Sequence record: KM606994
Strand: one strand, 5' to 3'
Source of the DNA: Escherichia phage RB3
DNA length: 64,000 bases
How positions within the stretch are numbered: position 1 is the stretch's first letter; each line of letters starts with the position of its first letter. The notes beneath the pieces were generated by a model. That model had not been told where the DNA came from. It made no database searches and saw only the letters and a program-made list of their open reading frames with translations. A program made the position numbers and the translations under genes. This document shows positions 1 through 11,465 of this stretch, piece by piece.

Positions 1-7
1 GAATCAA

Positions 8-625
8 GTGATTATTTCTAAATTTATTAAAGTGAAAATTGTACCATCAAATTTTAAACATTATCAATCAAAGGGTTATAAATTAACACCTCTTGGAGCG
101 GTTAAACATGGATTTAGGTATTATGAAATTGATGTTAAAGTTGAAGACATTAAAGGTAGTACCGCGTATGTAAAATGCCGTTGCGATAAATGTGGAATTG
201 AATATAACCAACGCATTGGAAGAAACACTGATATTTGTCGTGATTGCCGTCATAAAGATAAAATGCGCAATAATTCATATGGTTCCGCGAATAAAGGAAA
301 AACAGTAGAATGTATGCATGGCGTAAATCATCCAAGATGGAACCCAAATAAATCTGAAATGCGTGAATATATTTCATTGGTATATAAAGAAACTCGTAAG
401 CATAAGAAAATTTGGTCAAAATGGCCAAATGCTGATAAAATAGGAGTGTGTGGTACAAAAGGCGCTTACCAACTTGATCATAAGGTATCTATCAAATACG
501 GTTTTGATAATTTAATTCCTGCTAAAATAATTGGCGGTATTAATAATTTAGAAATAATCACTTGGGAATCTAACCGAGAAAAATCAAAAAGAAATAGTGT
601 AGATCTTTGGGATTTACTAGAATGA
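8..625 (+). CDS. HNH-family endonuclease, putative free-standing homing endonuclease; start uncertain, frame is open to window edge
   Basis: Zn-finger CxxC..CxxC pairs then HNH-like motif (QLDHKVSIKYG...NNLEIITWESNREK); GTG at 8 is only the ORF-finder start. Confidence 0.6.
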   Translation: MIISKFIKVKIVPSNFKHYQSKGYKLTPLGAVKHGFRYYEIDVKVEDIKGSTAYVKCRCDKCGIEYNQRIGRNTDICRDCRHKDKMRNNSYGSANKGKTVECMHGVNHPRWNPNKSEMREYISLVYKETRKHKKIWSKWPNADKIGVCGTKGAYQLDHKVSIKYGFDNLIPAKIIGGINNLEIITWESNREKSKRNSVDLWDLLE

Positions 626-632
626 TTCTAAA

Positions 633-650
633 GGCCTGTTTCGGCAGGCC
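633..650 (+). other. GC-rich hairpin downstream of HNH ORF
   Basis: GGCCTG-TTTCGG-CAGGCC; no T-run, possible RNA stability element. Confidence 0.4.
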
Positions 651-651
651 A

Positions 652-659
652 TATAAATA
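652..659 (+). promoter_or_regulatory. Late promoter TATAAATA (gene 19, distal)
   Basis: Exact TATAAATA. Confidence 0.6.
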
Positions 660-710
660 CACTATATCCTTAATTCTTTAATTCTATATGCCCTAGGTTA
701 AACATAGGGA

Positions 711-718
711 TATAAATA
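711..718 (+). promoter_or_regulatory. Late promoter TATAAATA (gene 19, proximal)
   Basis: Exact TATAAATA 15 nt before gene 19 ATG. Confidence 0.7.
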
Positions 719-732
719 CTACAGAGGCTAAT

Positions 733-1224
733 ATGTTTGTAGATGATGTAACACGAGCGTTTGAATCTGGTGATTTTGCTCGACCTAACTTATTCCAAGT
801 AGAAATTTCTTATCTTGGACAAAATTTTACGTTTCAATGTAAAGCTACTGCTTTACCAGCTGGTATTGTAGAAAAAATTCCAGTCGGATTTATGAACCGT
901 AAAATTAACGTAGCAGGCGATCGTACATTCGATGACTGGACTGTTACAGTAATGAACGATGAAGCTCATGATGCTCGCCAGAAGTTCGTTGATTGGCAAA
1001 GCATTGCTGCGGGGCAAGGAAACGAAATTACTGGTGGAAAACCTGCAGAGTATAAAAAGAGCGCTATCGTTCGTCAATATGCTCGTGACGCTAAAACAGT
1101 AACAAAAGAAATTGAAATTAAAGGTCTGTGGCCTACTAACGTGGGTGAACTTCAGTTAGATTGGGATTCAAACAATGAAATCCAAACATTTGAAGTAACT
1201 CTTGCTCTCGATTATTGGGAATAA
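733..1224 (+). CDS. 19: Tail tube protein gp19
   Basis: 163-aa ORF recognised as T4 gp19; two TATAAATA late promoters upstream; position before gene 20. Confidence 0.92.
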   Translation: MFVDDVTRAFESGDFARPNLFQVEISYLGQNFTFQCKATALPAGIVEKIPVGFMNRKINVAGDRTFDDWTVTVMNDEAHDARQKFVDWQSIAAGQGNEITGGKPAEYKKSAIVRQYARDAKTVTKEIEIKGLWPTNVGELQLDWDSNNEIQTFEVTLALDYWE

Positions 1225-1229
1225 AATGA

Positions 1230-2881
<1,652 letters not shown>

Positions 2882-2882
<1 letters not shown>

Positions 2883-3127
2883 TGGAAGGTTTAATTGAAG
2901 CTATTAAATCAAACGACCTCGTAGCCGCTCGTAAATTATTTGCTGAAGCCATGGCTGCAAGAACGATTGATTTAATTAAAGAAGAAAAAATCGCTATCGC
3001 TCGTAATTTCTTAATCGAAGGTGAAGAACCTGAAGACGAGGATGAAGATGAAGATGATGACGAAGATAGCGATGATAAAGACGACAAAAAAGACAAAGAC
3101 TCTGACGAAGACGAGGATGATGAATAA
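2882..3127 (+). CDS. 67: Prohead core protein gp67 with poly-acidic C-terminus
   Basis: 81 aa, [20 protein letters not shown]..., D/E-rich tail; position after gene 20. Confidence 0.85.
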
Positions 3128-3552
3128 TGCTTCTGATCCCTGAAACTCATGAATTAGTTCTCGAGAATGTCGAAGCACTTATTCCTGAAGCACAGGGTCG
3201 CTTTGACGAATTGTCTTCTGCTTTAAATAAAGACGATATAAATACAATTGTCGAGAATATGCTTGATGATGAAACTGACTTAGCGGTTGCATTAGCTTCT
3301 ATTAATGAAAATATGCCGTTAAATGAATTTATCGTTAAACATGTTTCCGCCCGTGGTGAAATTACTCGCACTAAAGATCGCAAAACCCGCGAACGAAATG
3401 CATTTCAAACCACTGGGCTGTCTAAAGCAAAACGTAGACAAATTGCTCGTAAAGCTACCAAAACGAAGATTGCCAATCCAGCAGGTCAATCTCGTGCTCA
3501 GCGTAAGCGTAAAAAAGCTCTTAAACGCCGTAAAGCATTAGGATTAAGCTAA
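3127..3552 (+). CDS. 68: Prohead core protein gp68
   Basis: 141 aa, basic C-terminus; ATGA overlap with gene 67; synteny. Confidence 0.82.
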
Positions 3553-4190
3553 TGAATGAACCCCAATTACTAATTGAAACTTGGGGTCAACCTGGCGAAA
3601 TTATTGATGGCGTGCCAATGCTTGAATCTCATGATGGAAAAGACTTAGGTTTAAAACCGGGTTTATACATCGAAGGAATATTCATGCAAGCGGAAGTCGT
3701 CAATAGAAATAAACGTCTTTATCCAAAACGTATATTAGAAAAAGCGGTAAAAGACTATATTAATGAGCAAGTTTTAACTAAACAAGCTCTCGGAGAATTA
3801 AATCATCCTCCACGCGCTAATGTTGACCCGATGCAAGCCGCTATCATTATAGAAGATATGTGGTGGAAAGGAAATGACGTATACGGACGAGCTCGTGTTA
3901 TTGAAGGTGACCATGGTCCTGGAGATAAATTAGCAGCTAATATTCGTGCCGGATGGATTCCAGGAGTTTCTTCTCGTGGATTAGGTTCATTGACTGACAC
4001 AAATAAAGGTTATCGTATCGTAAACGAAGGATTCAAATTAACTGTAGGTGTTGATGCGGTATGGGGTCCAAGTGCTCCAGATGCATGGGTAACTCCTAAG
4101 GAAATTACCGAATCACAGACGGCGGAAGCCGATACAAGTGCCGATGACGCCTATATGGCTCTCGCAGAGGCCATGAAAAAAGCGTTATAA
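3552..4190 (+). CDS. 21: Prohead core protease gp21
   Basis: 212 aa, same length and position as T4 gp21; start overlaps gene 68 stop. Confidence 0.9.
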   Translation: MNEPQLLIETWGQPGEIIDGVPMLESHDGKDLGLKPGLYIEGIFMQAEVVNRNKRLYPKRILEKAVKDYINEQVLTKQALGELNHPPRANVDPMQAAIIIEDMWWKGNDVYGRARVIEGDHGPGDKLAANIRAGWIPGVSSRGLGSLTDTNKGYRIVNEGFKLTVGVDAVWGPSAPDAWVTPKEITESQTAEADTSADDAYMALAEAMKKAL

Positions 4191-4193
4191 ATA
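4186..4193 (+). promoter_or_regulatory. Late promoter TATAAATA (gene 22)
   Basis: Exact TATAAATA overlapping gene 21 stop. Confidence 0.7.
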
Positions 4194-4220
4194 TTATTAT
4201 CTAAACAACAGGACTACAAA

Positions 4221-5030
4221 ATGCTTAAAGAACAACTGATTGCCGAAGCGCAGAAAATTGATGCTTCCGTTGCTCTTGATAGTATTTTCGAATCAGTTAA
4301 TATTTCTCCGGAAGCAAAAGAAACTTTCGGCACTGTATTCGAAGCTACCGTCAAGCAGCACGCCGTTAAATTAGCTGAATCTCATATCGCTAAAATTGCT
4401 GAAAAAGCAGAAGAAGAAGTAGAAAAAAATAAAGAAGAAGCCGAAGAAAAAGCTGAGAAGAAAATCGCTGAGCAAGCTTCTAAATTCATTGACCATCTTG
4501 CGAAAGAATGGCTCGCTGAAAATAAATTAGCAGTTGATAAAGGCATCAAAGCCGAACTGTTTGAATCCATGCTTGGTGGATTAAAAGAGCTCTTTGTTGA
4601 ACACAACGTTGTTGTTCCAGAAGAATCAGTTGATGTTGTAGCTGAAATGGAAGAAGAGCTGCAAGAACATAAAGAAGAATCAGCTCGTCTGTTCGAAGAA
4701 CTCAATATGCGCGACGCATATATCAATTATGTGCAGCGTGAAGTGGCATTGAGCGAAAGTACTAAAGATCTGACTGAGTCTCAAAAAGAAAAAGTCTCTG
4801 CTCTGGTCGAAGGTATGGATTATTCAGATGCATTCTCAAGTAAATTGAGTGCAATCGTAGAAATGGTGAAGAAATCTAATAAAGATGAAAGCACTATTAC
4901 TGAGAGTATAAATACTCCTGATACTGAAGCAGCCGGACTGAATTTCGTCACTGAAGCTGTAGAAGATAAAGCTGCACAAGGTGCAGAAGATATTGTAAGT
5001 GTATATGCGAAAGTCGCATCTCGTTTCTAA
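4221..5030 (+). CDS. 22: Prohead scaffold protein gp22
   Basis: 269 aa, highly charged coiled-coil-like E/K-rich sequence; late promoter at 4186-4193. Confidence 0.9.
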   Translation: MLKEQLIAEAQKIDASVALDSIFESVNISPEAKETFGTVFEATVKQHAVKLAESHIAKIAEKAEEEVEKNKEEAEEKAEKKIAEQASKFIDHLAKEWLAENKLAVDKGIKAELFESMLGGLKELFVEHNVVVPEESVDVVAEMEEELQEHKEESARLFEELNMRDAYINYVQREVALSESTKDLTESQKEKVSALVEGMDYSDAFSSKLSAIVEMVKKSNKDESTITESINTPDTEAAGLNFVTEAVEDKAAQGAEDIVSVYAKVASRF

Positions 5031-5048
5031 TTTTAAAGGTTAACACAA

Positions 5049-6614
5049 ATGACTATCAAAACTAAAGCTGAACTTTTGAACAAATGGAAGCCATTACTGG
5101 AAGGTGAAGGTTTACCGGAAATTGCTAATAGCAAACAAGCGATTATCGCTAAAATCTTTGAAAACCAGGAAAAAGATTTCCAGACAGCTCCAGAATACAA
5201 AGACGAAAAAATTGCTCAGGCATTTGGTTCTTTCTTAACAGAAGCTGAAATCGGTGGTGACCACGGTTACAATGCTACTAACATCGCTGCAGGTCAGACT
5301 TCTGGCGCAGTAACTCAGATTGGCCCAGCTGTTATGGGTATGGTACGTCGTGCTATTCCTAACCTGATTGCTTTCGATATTTGTGGTGTTCAGCCGATGA
5401 ACAGACCGACTGGCCAGGTATTCGCACTGCGTGCAGTATATGGTAAAGATCCGGTGGCTGCTGGTGCTAAAGAAGCTTTCCACCCAATGTATGGTCCAGA
5501 TGCAATGTTCTCTGGTCAGGGTGCTGCTAAGAAATTCCCAGCTCTGGCTGCTAGCACACAAACCGTTGTAGGTGATATCTATACTCACTTCTTCCAGGAA
5601 ACTGGTACTGTGTATCTGCAAGCTTCCGCTGTAGTAACAATCGATGCTGGTGCGACTGATGCTGCTAAATTAGATGCTGAAATTAAGAAACAAATGGAAG
5701 CTGGTGCACTGGTAGAAATCGCTGAAGGTATGGCTACTTCTATCGCTGAACTCCAGGAAGGTTTCAACGGTTCTACCGATAACCCATGGAATGAAATGGG
5801 CTTCCGTATCGATAAGCAAGTTATTGAAGCTAAATCTCGCCAGCTGAAAGCTGCTTACTCTATCGAATTAGCACAGGACCTCCGCGCTGTTCACGGTATG
5901 GATGCTGATGCTGAACTGTCCAGTATTCTGGCTACAGAAATCATGCTGGAAATCAACCGTGAAGTTGTTGATTGGATTAACTACTCAGCTCAGGTTGGTA
6001 AATCTGGTATGACCCTGACTCCGGGTTCTAAAGCTGGTGTATTTGACTTCCAGGATCCAATCGATATTCGTGGTGCTCGCTGGGCAGGTGAATCCTTTAA
6101 AGCTCTGTTGTTCCAGATTGACAAAGAAGCAGTTGAAATTGCTCGTCAGACTGGTCGTGGTGAAGGTAACTTCATTATCGCTTCCCGTAACGTAGTTAAC
6201 GTTCTGGCTTCAGTTGATACCGGAATTTCTTATGCTGCACAGGGTCTGGCTACCGGCTTTAACACTGATACTACCAAGTCAGTATTTGCTGGTGTTCTGG
6301 GTGGTAAATACCGTGTATATATCGACCAGTATGCTAAACAGGATTATTTCACTGTAGGTTATAAAGGTCCGAACGAAATGGATGCTGGTATTTACTACGC
6401 TCCATATGTAGCTCTGACTCCGCTGCGTGGTTCCGATCCGAAGAACTTCCAACCGGTAATGGGATTCAAAACTCGTTACGGTATCGGTATCAACCCATTT
6501 GCAGAATCCGCTGCTCAGGCTCCGGCTTCTCGCATCCAGAGCGGTATGCCTTCTATTCTGAATAGCCTTGGTAAAAACGCTTACTTCCGCCGTGTATATG
6601 TTAAAGGTATCTAA
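5049..6614 (+). CDS. 23: Major capsid protein gp23
   Basis: 521 aa, MTIKTKAELLNKWKPLLEGEG...; followed by GGGACC-UUCG-GGUCCC terminator. Confidence 0.95.
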   Translation: MTIKTKAELLNKWKPLLEGEGLPEIANSKQAIIAKIFENQEKDFQTAPEYKDEKIAQAFGSFLTEAEIGGDHGYNATNIAAGQTSGAVTQIGPAVMGMVRRAIPNLIAFDICGVQPMNRPTGQVFALRAVYGKDPVAAGAKEAFHPMYGPDAMFSGQGAAKKFPALAASTQTVVGDIYTHFFQETGTVYLQASAVVTIDAGATDAAKLDAEIKKQMEAGALVEIAEGMATSIAELQEGFNGSTDNPWNEMGFRIDKQVIEAKSRQLKAAYSIELAQDLRAVHGMDADAELSSILATEIMLEINREVVDWINYSAQVGKSGMTLTPGSKAGVFDFQDPIDIRGARWAGESFKALLFQIDKEAVEIARQTGRGEGNFIIASRNVVNVLASVDTGISYAAQGLATGFNTDTTKSVFAGVLGGKYRVYIDQYAKQDYFTVGYKGPNEMDAGIYYAPYVALTPLRGSDPKNFQPVMGFKTRYGIGINPFAESAAQAPASRIQSGMPSILNSLGKNAYFRRVYVKGI

Positions 6615-6629
6615 TCTTTGACGATTTAA

Positions 6630-6657
6630 GGGACCTTCGGGTCCCTTTAGTTGTTTT
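6630..6657 (+). terminator. Rho-independent terminator after gene 23
   Basis: GGGACC-UUCG-GGUCCC followed by T-rich tract. Confidence 0.8.
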
Positions 6658-6662
6658 TATGG

Positions 6663-6670
6663 TATAAATA
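6663..6670 (+). promoter_or_regulatory. Late promoter TATAAATA (gene 24)
   Basis: Exact TATAAATA after the gene 23 terminator. Confidence 0.7.
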
Positions 6671-6697
6671 AATCATATAAACCAAAAGGAAAGCGCA

Positions 6698-7981
6698 ATG
6701 GCTAAAATCAACGAACTTCTGCGCGAATCAACCACAACGAATAGCAACTCAATCGGTCGCCCAAATCTCGTTGCTTTGACTCGCGCTACCACTAAATTAA
6801 TATATTCTGACATTGTAGCAACGCAAAGAACTAATCAACCTGTTGCTGCTTTTTATGGTATCAAATACCTTAACCCAGACAATGAATTTACATTTAAAAC
6901 TGGTGCTACTTATGCTGGCGAAGCTGGATATGTAGACCGAGAACAAATCACAGAATTAACAGAAGAGTCTAAATTAACTCTCAATAAAGGCGATTTATTC
7001 AAATATAATAACATCGTTTATAAAGTATTAGAAGATACACCATTTGCTGATATTGAAGAAAGCGATTTAGAATTAGCTCTTCAGATTGCAATTGTTCTTT
7101 TAAAGGTTCGTCTATTTTCTGACGCAGCGTCAACAAGCAAATTTGAAAGCTCTGATAGCGAAATTGCGGATGCTAGATTCCAGATTAATAAATGGCAAAC
7201 CGCAGTTAAATCTCGTAAACTTAAAACTGGCATCACAGTTGAATTAGCGCAAGATTTAGAAGCAAACGGATTCGATGCTCCTAATTTCTTGGAAGATTTG
7301 CTTGCAACTGAAATGGCAGATGAAATCAATAAAGATATTCTGCAGTCTTTGATTACAGTATCAAAACGTTATAAAGTTACAGGAATTACTGATACTGGAT
7401 TCATTGATTTGAGTTATGCATCTGCACCTGAAGCTGGTCGTTCATTATACCGAATGGTATGTGAAATGGTTTCGCATATCCAAAAAGAATCAACTTATAC
7501 AGCAACGTTCTGTGTTGCTTCAGCTCGTGCTGCTGCGATTCTTGCTGCATCAGGTTGGTTAAAACATAAACCAGAAGATGATAAATATCTTTCACAAAAT
7601 GCCTATGGGTTCTTAGCTAATGGTTTACCGCTTTATTGCGATACTAACAGCCCATTAGATTATGTAATCGTTGGCGTAGTAGAAAATATCGGTGAAAAAG
7701 AAATTGTTGGATCAATTTTCTATGCTCCGTATACAGAAGGTCTCGACTTAGATGACCCTGAACATGTAGGTGCATTTAAAGTTGTTGTTGATCCAGAAAG
7801 CTTACAACCGTCTATCGGTTTATTAGTTAGATATGCTTTATCAGCAAATCCTTATACCGTAGCAAAAGATGAAAAAGAAGCAAGAATAATTGACGGTGGA
7901 GACATGGATAAAATGGCGGGTCGTTCAGATTTGTCTGTTTTATTAGGTGTTAAATTACCAAAAATTATTATTGATGAATAA
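6698..7981 (+). CDS. 24: Capsid vertex protein gp24
   Basis: 427 aa, paralogous to gp23 region; late promoter at 6663-6670. Confidence 0.92.
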   Translation: MAKINELLRESTTTNSNSIGRPNLVALTRATTKLIYSDIVATQRTNQPVAAFYGIKYLNPDNEFTFKTGATYAGEAGYVDREQITELTEESKLTLNKGDLFKYNNIVYKVLEDTPFADIEESDLELALQIAIVLLKVRLFSDAASTSKFESSDSEIADARFQINKWQTAVKSRKLKTGITVELAQDLEANGFDAPNFLEDLLATEMADEINKDILQSLITVSKRYKVTGITDTGFIDLSYASAPEAGRSLYRMVCEMVSHIQKESTYTATFCVASARAAAILAASGWLKHKPEDDKYLSQNAYGFLANGLPLYCDTNSPLDYVIVGVVENIGEKEIVGSIFYAPYTEGLDLDDPEHVGAFKVVVDPESLQPSIGLLVRYALSANPYTVAKDEKEARIIDGGDMDKMAGRSDLSVLLGVKLPKIIIDE

Positions 7982-7987
7982 AGCAAA

Positions 7988-8012
7988 GGGACCGAAAGGT
8001 CCCTTTTTATTT
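7988..8012. terminator. Bidirectional terminator between gene 24 and rnlB
   Basis: GGGACC-GAAA-GGTCCC followed by TTTTTATTT. Confidence 0.75.
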
Positions 8013-9015
8013 AGCTCACCAACTCAATCCAAGCTGGACGAAGTACATCTTGTACCATTTTAACTAATTCCTTTTTAATCAAAGAAGGATTATCTGCTTG
8101 AGTTAGAGTAATACCTTCACGAGAAGTTTCTTCCAAAATATCTTGAACAGTTAGCCCCATCACCTTTCCAAAATCTTTAGGACCAATTTCGCCAATTTTA
8201 GAAATAACGTTATTTACTCGGTTCAGTGTAACGTAACAAGCTAAAATTCCCACCAATTTGTTATCAGCTTCTGATAGTTCAACTTTAGCTTTAATAGGCT
8301 TATCAGACTTTTTCTTTTCACTAAATTTGGAATTCTTGCATTTAATCGCTACACGATTTCCATTACGAAGCCAAGAAGGATAACAAGGTTTCAATACATA
8401 TCCTTCAGCGGTAAATACTTCGCCTTTTGCTTCGGCATTCCAAACGCATTTATTTGCATCAACTAATCCAGCATGGTCTACTGTAAAATTATAATCTTGG
8501 ACGACAGAATCTAAATCATTTGGCAATTTAATAAGCTCTTCAAATTTACCGCGACCTAAAAGTGGAGCCATTTTAAATTTAAATGTATTGCAGAATGATT
8601 CCATCATATAATCATCGACATAAGTCACATCACCACTTTCTGTAGTAACAATAATGTCAAATACATAAAAATCTTTATCGCCATAATCAACATTCTTCTG
8701 AATGCCAGGTCCAGCGAATTCGCCAAAGACTTGATAAGATACAACTGCTGAAGTTTCCATAATATCTTGTACTGCTTTAATGGAATCAGCGTAATTCTTT
8801 AAAATAATTTCATACCCAAAGAAATCTTCAGCAGGAAGAATAGGACCAGTACGTTTAGCGCAAGTTACTTTATCACGCTCAATAATCAATGAGAAATTTG
8901 TGCCGTGAATTTTTTCACGAGCTACCCATTCGCCGCCAGTCAATCCCAGGCTATAAAGTTTTTCAATAAATTTAGAGTTGTAATGATTTTCAAGACTGCT
9001 ATACTTTTTAAACAT
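8011..9015 (-). CDS. rnlB: RNA ligase 2
   Basis: 334 aa; nucleotidyltransferase KxxG motif (EKIHGTN); T4 position after gene 24. Confidence 0.9.
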   Translation of the reverse strand: MFKKYSSLENHYNSKFIEKLYSLGLTGGEWVAREKIHGTNFSLIIERDKVTCAKRTGPILPAEDFFGYEIILKNYADSIKAVQDIMETSAVVSYQVFGEFAGPGIQKNVDYGDKDFYVFDIIVTTESGDVTYVDDYMMESFCNTFKFKMAPLLGRGKFEELIKLPNDLDSVVQDYNFTVDHAGLVDANKCVWNAEAKGEVFTAEGYVLKPCYPSWLRNGNRVAIKCKNSKFSEKKKSDKPIKAKVELSEADNKLVGILACYVTLNRVNNVISKIGEIGPKDFGKVMGLTVQDILEETSREGITLTQADNPSLIKKELVKMVQDVLRPAWIELVS

Positions 9016-9024
9016 AATTAATCC

Positions 9025-9303
9025 TCAAAATGTAATTTCTAACCAATCACCATCACGCTGATCACTATTGACTTTAAAGCTAAATCCTTCTTTTCTCAGC
9101 CAATCACCAATTTCTTCAGTAATCAATTTATCACGAGCAATACAATAATAATTAAAATGTGTTTTACCTTGTTCAGCTGCTTTATTAGCAAGTTCCGAAA
9201 AATCTTTAATAAAACACTCTAGCTTAAACTGTTTACTTTTAAATGCTTTTTCGCGTAATTGATTAGCAAAAGATTCATTTTCATAAAGATCATACTGTTC
9301 CAT
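9025..9303 (-). CDS. Hypothetical protein (T4 24.2 position)
   Basis: 92-aa ORF, synteny only. Confidence 0.5.
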   Translation of the reverse strand: MEQYDLYENESFANQLREKAFKSKQFKLECFIKDFSELANKAAEQGKTHFNYYCIARDKLITEEIGDWLRKEGFSFKVNSDQRDGDWLEITF

Positions 9304-9505
9304 TTTTCACCTTTTTATTGATATGTCTTTTTCTATAGACAACTTTTTCTCGAGTTTCAAATTTATTCTTAGCAGTCATAGCTCGAGCCCATAATACAGC
9401 CACTTCTTTTGCCTGCAAGTTTAATTCACGAGCAATTTCAATGAATGACTTTCCAGACTCATGAAGAGTAAACACCACAATCTCAGTTCTCATAATCAAT
9501 CTCAT
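9290..9505 (-). CDS. Hypothetical protein (T4 24.3 position)
   Basis: 71-aa ORF, synteny only. Confidence 0.5.
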   Translation of the reverse strand: MRLIMRTEIVVFTLHESGKSFIEIARELNLQAKEVAVLWARAMTAKNKFETREKVVYRKRHINKKVKNGTV

Positions 9506-9559
9506 GTTATCGAGTTGGTGCCATTATATACATCATTTTCTGATTGTGTTTTTGTGTGC

Positions 9560-9589
9560 TTTCAAAATGAAGAAAGGGGCCGAAGCCCC
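9560..9589 (-). terminator. Terminator after hoc
   Basis: Minus strand GGGGC-UUCG-GCCCC followed by UUUCUUCAUUUU. Confidence 0.7.
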
Positions 9590-9595
9590 TTATGA

Positions 9596-10726
9596 TTATG
9601 GATAGGTATAGATGATACCAGTTTCTAAAGCAGTTTTGTGAATGATGTATCCATTACGCGATTCTTGGACATCAACTTCTGGATAATCTTTCATCATCTT
9701 CTGAAGAGTGTAACGATGCAGGTAGTATTTACTATCTGGATCTTCAGTTTTCCAATCTTTACCTTCTTCAGTCATTTTTTGGATTTCATCCATAACCCAC
9801 CAACCGCACCAGATGTAAGCTGAAGTACGATGTGGAAGAGGATGAACATAAGGTAATTCACCTTCTGGTTCCGGAGCAACTTTATCAGTTACCTGAACTT
9901 GACCTTCTGCCGTAATAGTTTTGCTATCATAATCAGCAGCAGTAACAGTTGCAGTAACTTCAATAGTTTGACTTCCAATAGATGAGGTATCAACGGTATA
10001 TACATTAGTTGACCCTTCTACAGGAGAAGAATCTTTCTTCCATGAATACGCAATTTGCGCTTCTTCTGGAGCATTAGTGACATTAGCGGTAAATGTAGCC
10101 GAAGCATCTTGCTGCACGTTAATAGAAGGAGGAGTCAATGTAACCTGTGGATTCATTGTCTTCTTATTAACCGTTAATGATACTTCATTCGAAGTAACTT
10201 CCTTTTCATTGTAATTTTCAGCAGTTACTTGGGCTACGCATTTAATTCTTTTTACTCCACTTGTAGTTGGAGTATAGCTAAATGTAGAGTTAGTTTCTCC
10301 ACCAACTTGTGAATCATCTACATACCACTGATACGTAGCAGACGCTCCAACGGGTTGAGAAGCTAAGGCAGCAGTAAATTGAACTGGGGTTCCAATTACT
10401 CCAGCTGAAGGACTATCAGGAGTTACTGCCAAGGTAGTTGTCTGTGTCTTATTTTGAACTGTGATAGTTGTACTAATTTCAGCTGTTTCAGCTTCAGAAT
10501 CAGGAATAGTATTTGTTGCAACTACCTTAATAGTTTTTTGACCAGCAGGTCCTTTTAATACATAATCAAAAGTTGCTGCTGATCCTTCTTGGGGAGCATT
10601 ATCTACGCTCCAAGCATAGGTAATAGTTCCACCTCCAGTTTCACCACTGGGTGTAGCAGTAAACTGCTTGGTTTCATCAATAACCCCTGTTGGTGTTTTA
10701 GGAGTTATATCAACTGTAAAAGCCAT
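9596..10726 (-). CDS. hoc: Highly immunogenic outer capsid protein Hoc
   Basis: 376 aa; repeated Ig-like T/S/V-rich segments; followed by hairpin terminator. Confidence 0.9.
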   Translation of the reverse strand: MAFTVDITPKTPTGVIDETKQFTATPSGETGGGTITYAWSVDNAPQEGSAATFDYVLKGPAGQKTIKVVATNTIPDSEAETAEISTTITVQNKTQTTTLAVTPDSPSAGVIGTPVQFTAALASQPVGASATYQWYVDDSQVGGETNSTFSYTPTTSGVKRIKCVAQVTAENYNEKEVTSNEVSLTVNKKTMNPQVTLTPPSINVQQDASATFTANVTNAPEEAQIAYSWKKDSSPVEGSTNVYTVDTSSIGSQTIEVTATVTAADYDSKTITAEGQVQVTDKVAPEPEGELPYVHPLPHRTSAYIWCGWWVMDEIQKMTEEGKDWKTEDPDSKYYLHRYTLQKMMKDYPEVDVQESRNGYIIHKTALETGIIYTYP

Positions 10727-10735
10727 AAGTTATCC

Positions 10736-11416
10736 TTATTTTAATGTTACGAAAGAAGAATTGCGTGTTTCACGAATTAGAACTGATCCATCACGATTAA
10801 TGTAGTAAATTAAGCTAAATAAAGTTTGGTGTGCCGACGCGTGTTCAAAACTAGTTGGGTGAGATTTCCAATCCGGAGTTTCAGCAATCCACTGGTAAAT
10901 CCACCAAGGAACCGTGCAGAATCCTGGATTTTTTCCAATCAGCTGAAGATTCGGACTAAAGTTTTCCGGAAGAGTAAATACAGACGGCTTTTCAGATTCA
11001 ACAATCTCAGCTACAGCCTGTTCGAATTTTTCTTCAACAAAAGGAGTATCTTCAATCAAAACTGAGGTATTTTCAGGAATTTTATCCGTTTCTACTACTT
11101 CAATTTTAATGTCAGATTTAACCGGAGAATCAATCAGAAGTGCTGCTTCTGGATTGACTTCTTCATCGTCATATTTTAATCCCTCTGCGGCATCAGCAGC
11201 ATCAATTAGGTCTTTAATAGATAACCCATCAGTCTCAGGCATAGGTTCACTAGCGAGCTTCTGGAGGGCTTCTTCAATATCAACAACGATATTATCAAAA
11301 GATTTATTCTTTTTGACCTTTATACCAAACTGTTCAGCATATTCAGCTAATTTAGCTTTAGCTTCTTTATTATCATCAAGAGCCTTCAGCTCTGCAATAT
11401 AATCTTTATCTATCAT
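10736..11416 (-). CDS. inh: Inh, inhibitor of prohead protease
   Basis: 226 aa; position between hoc and segE as in T4. Confidence 0.82.
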   Translation of the reverse strand: MIDKDYIAELKALDDNKEAKAKLAEYAEQFGIKVKKNKSFDNIVVDIEEALQKLASEPMPETDGLSIKDLIDAADAAEGLKYDDEEVNPEAALLIDSPVKSDIKIEVVETDKIPENTSVLIEDTPFVEEKFEQAVAEIVESEKPSVFTLPENFSPNLQLIGKNPGFCTVPWWIYQWIAETPDWKSHPTSFEHASAHQTLFSLIYYINRDGSVLIRETRNSSFVTLK

Positions 11417-11439
11417 AATATTTCCTCAGTATAAATATA

Positions 11440-11447
11440 GATATATT
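11440..11447 (+). promoter_or_regulatory. Late promoter TATAAATA (segE/uvsW)
   Basis: Exact TATAAATA in the inh-segE intergenic region. Confidence 0.6.
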
Positions 11448-11465
11448 TATTACTCGGAAAATAGT

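Noticed and set aside
4382-4726. 114-aa minus-strand ORF inside gene 22
   Set aside because: Low-complexity Ser-rich antisense frame of the E/K-rich scaffold gene; embedded entirely within a recognised gene.
4990-5048. Expected TATAAATA late promoter directly upstream of gene 23
   Set aside because: No exact TATAAATA in the 60 nt before the start; the promoter may lie further upstream within gene 22, so none is annotated.
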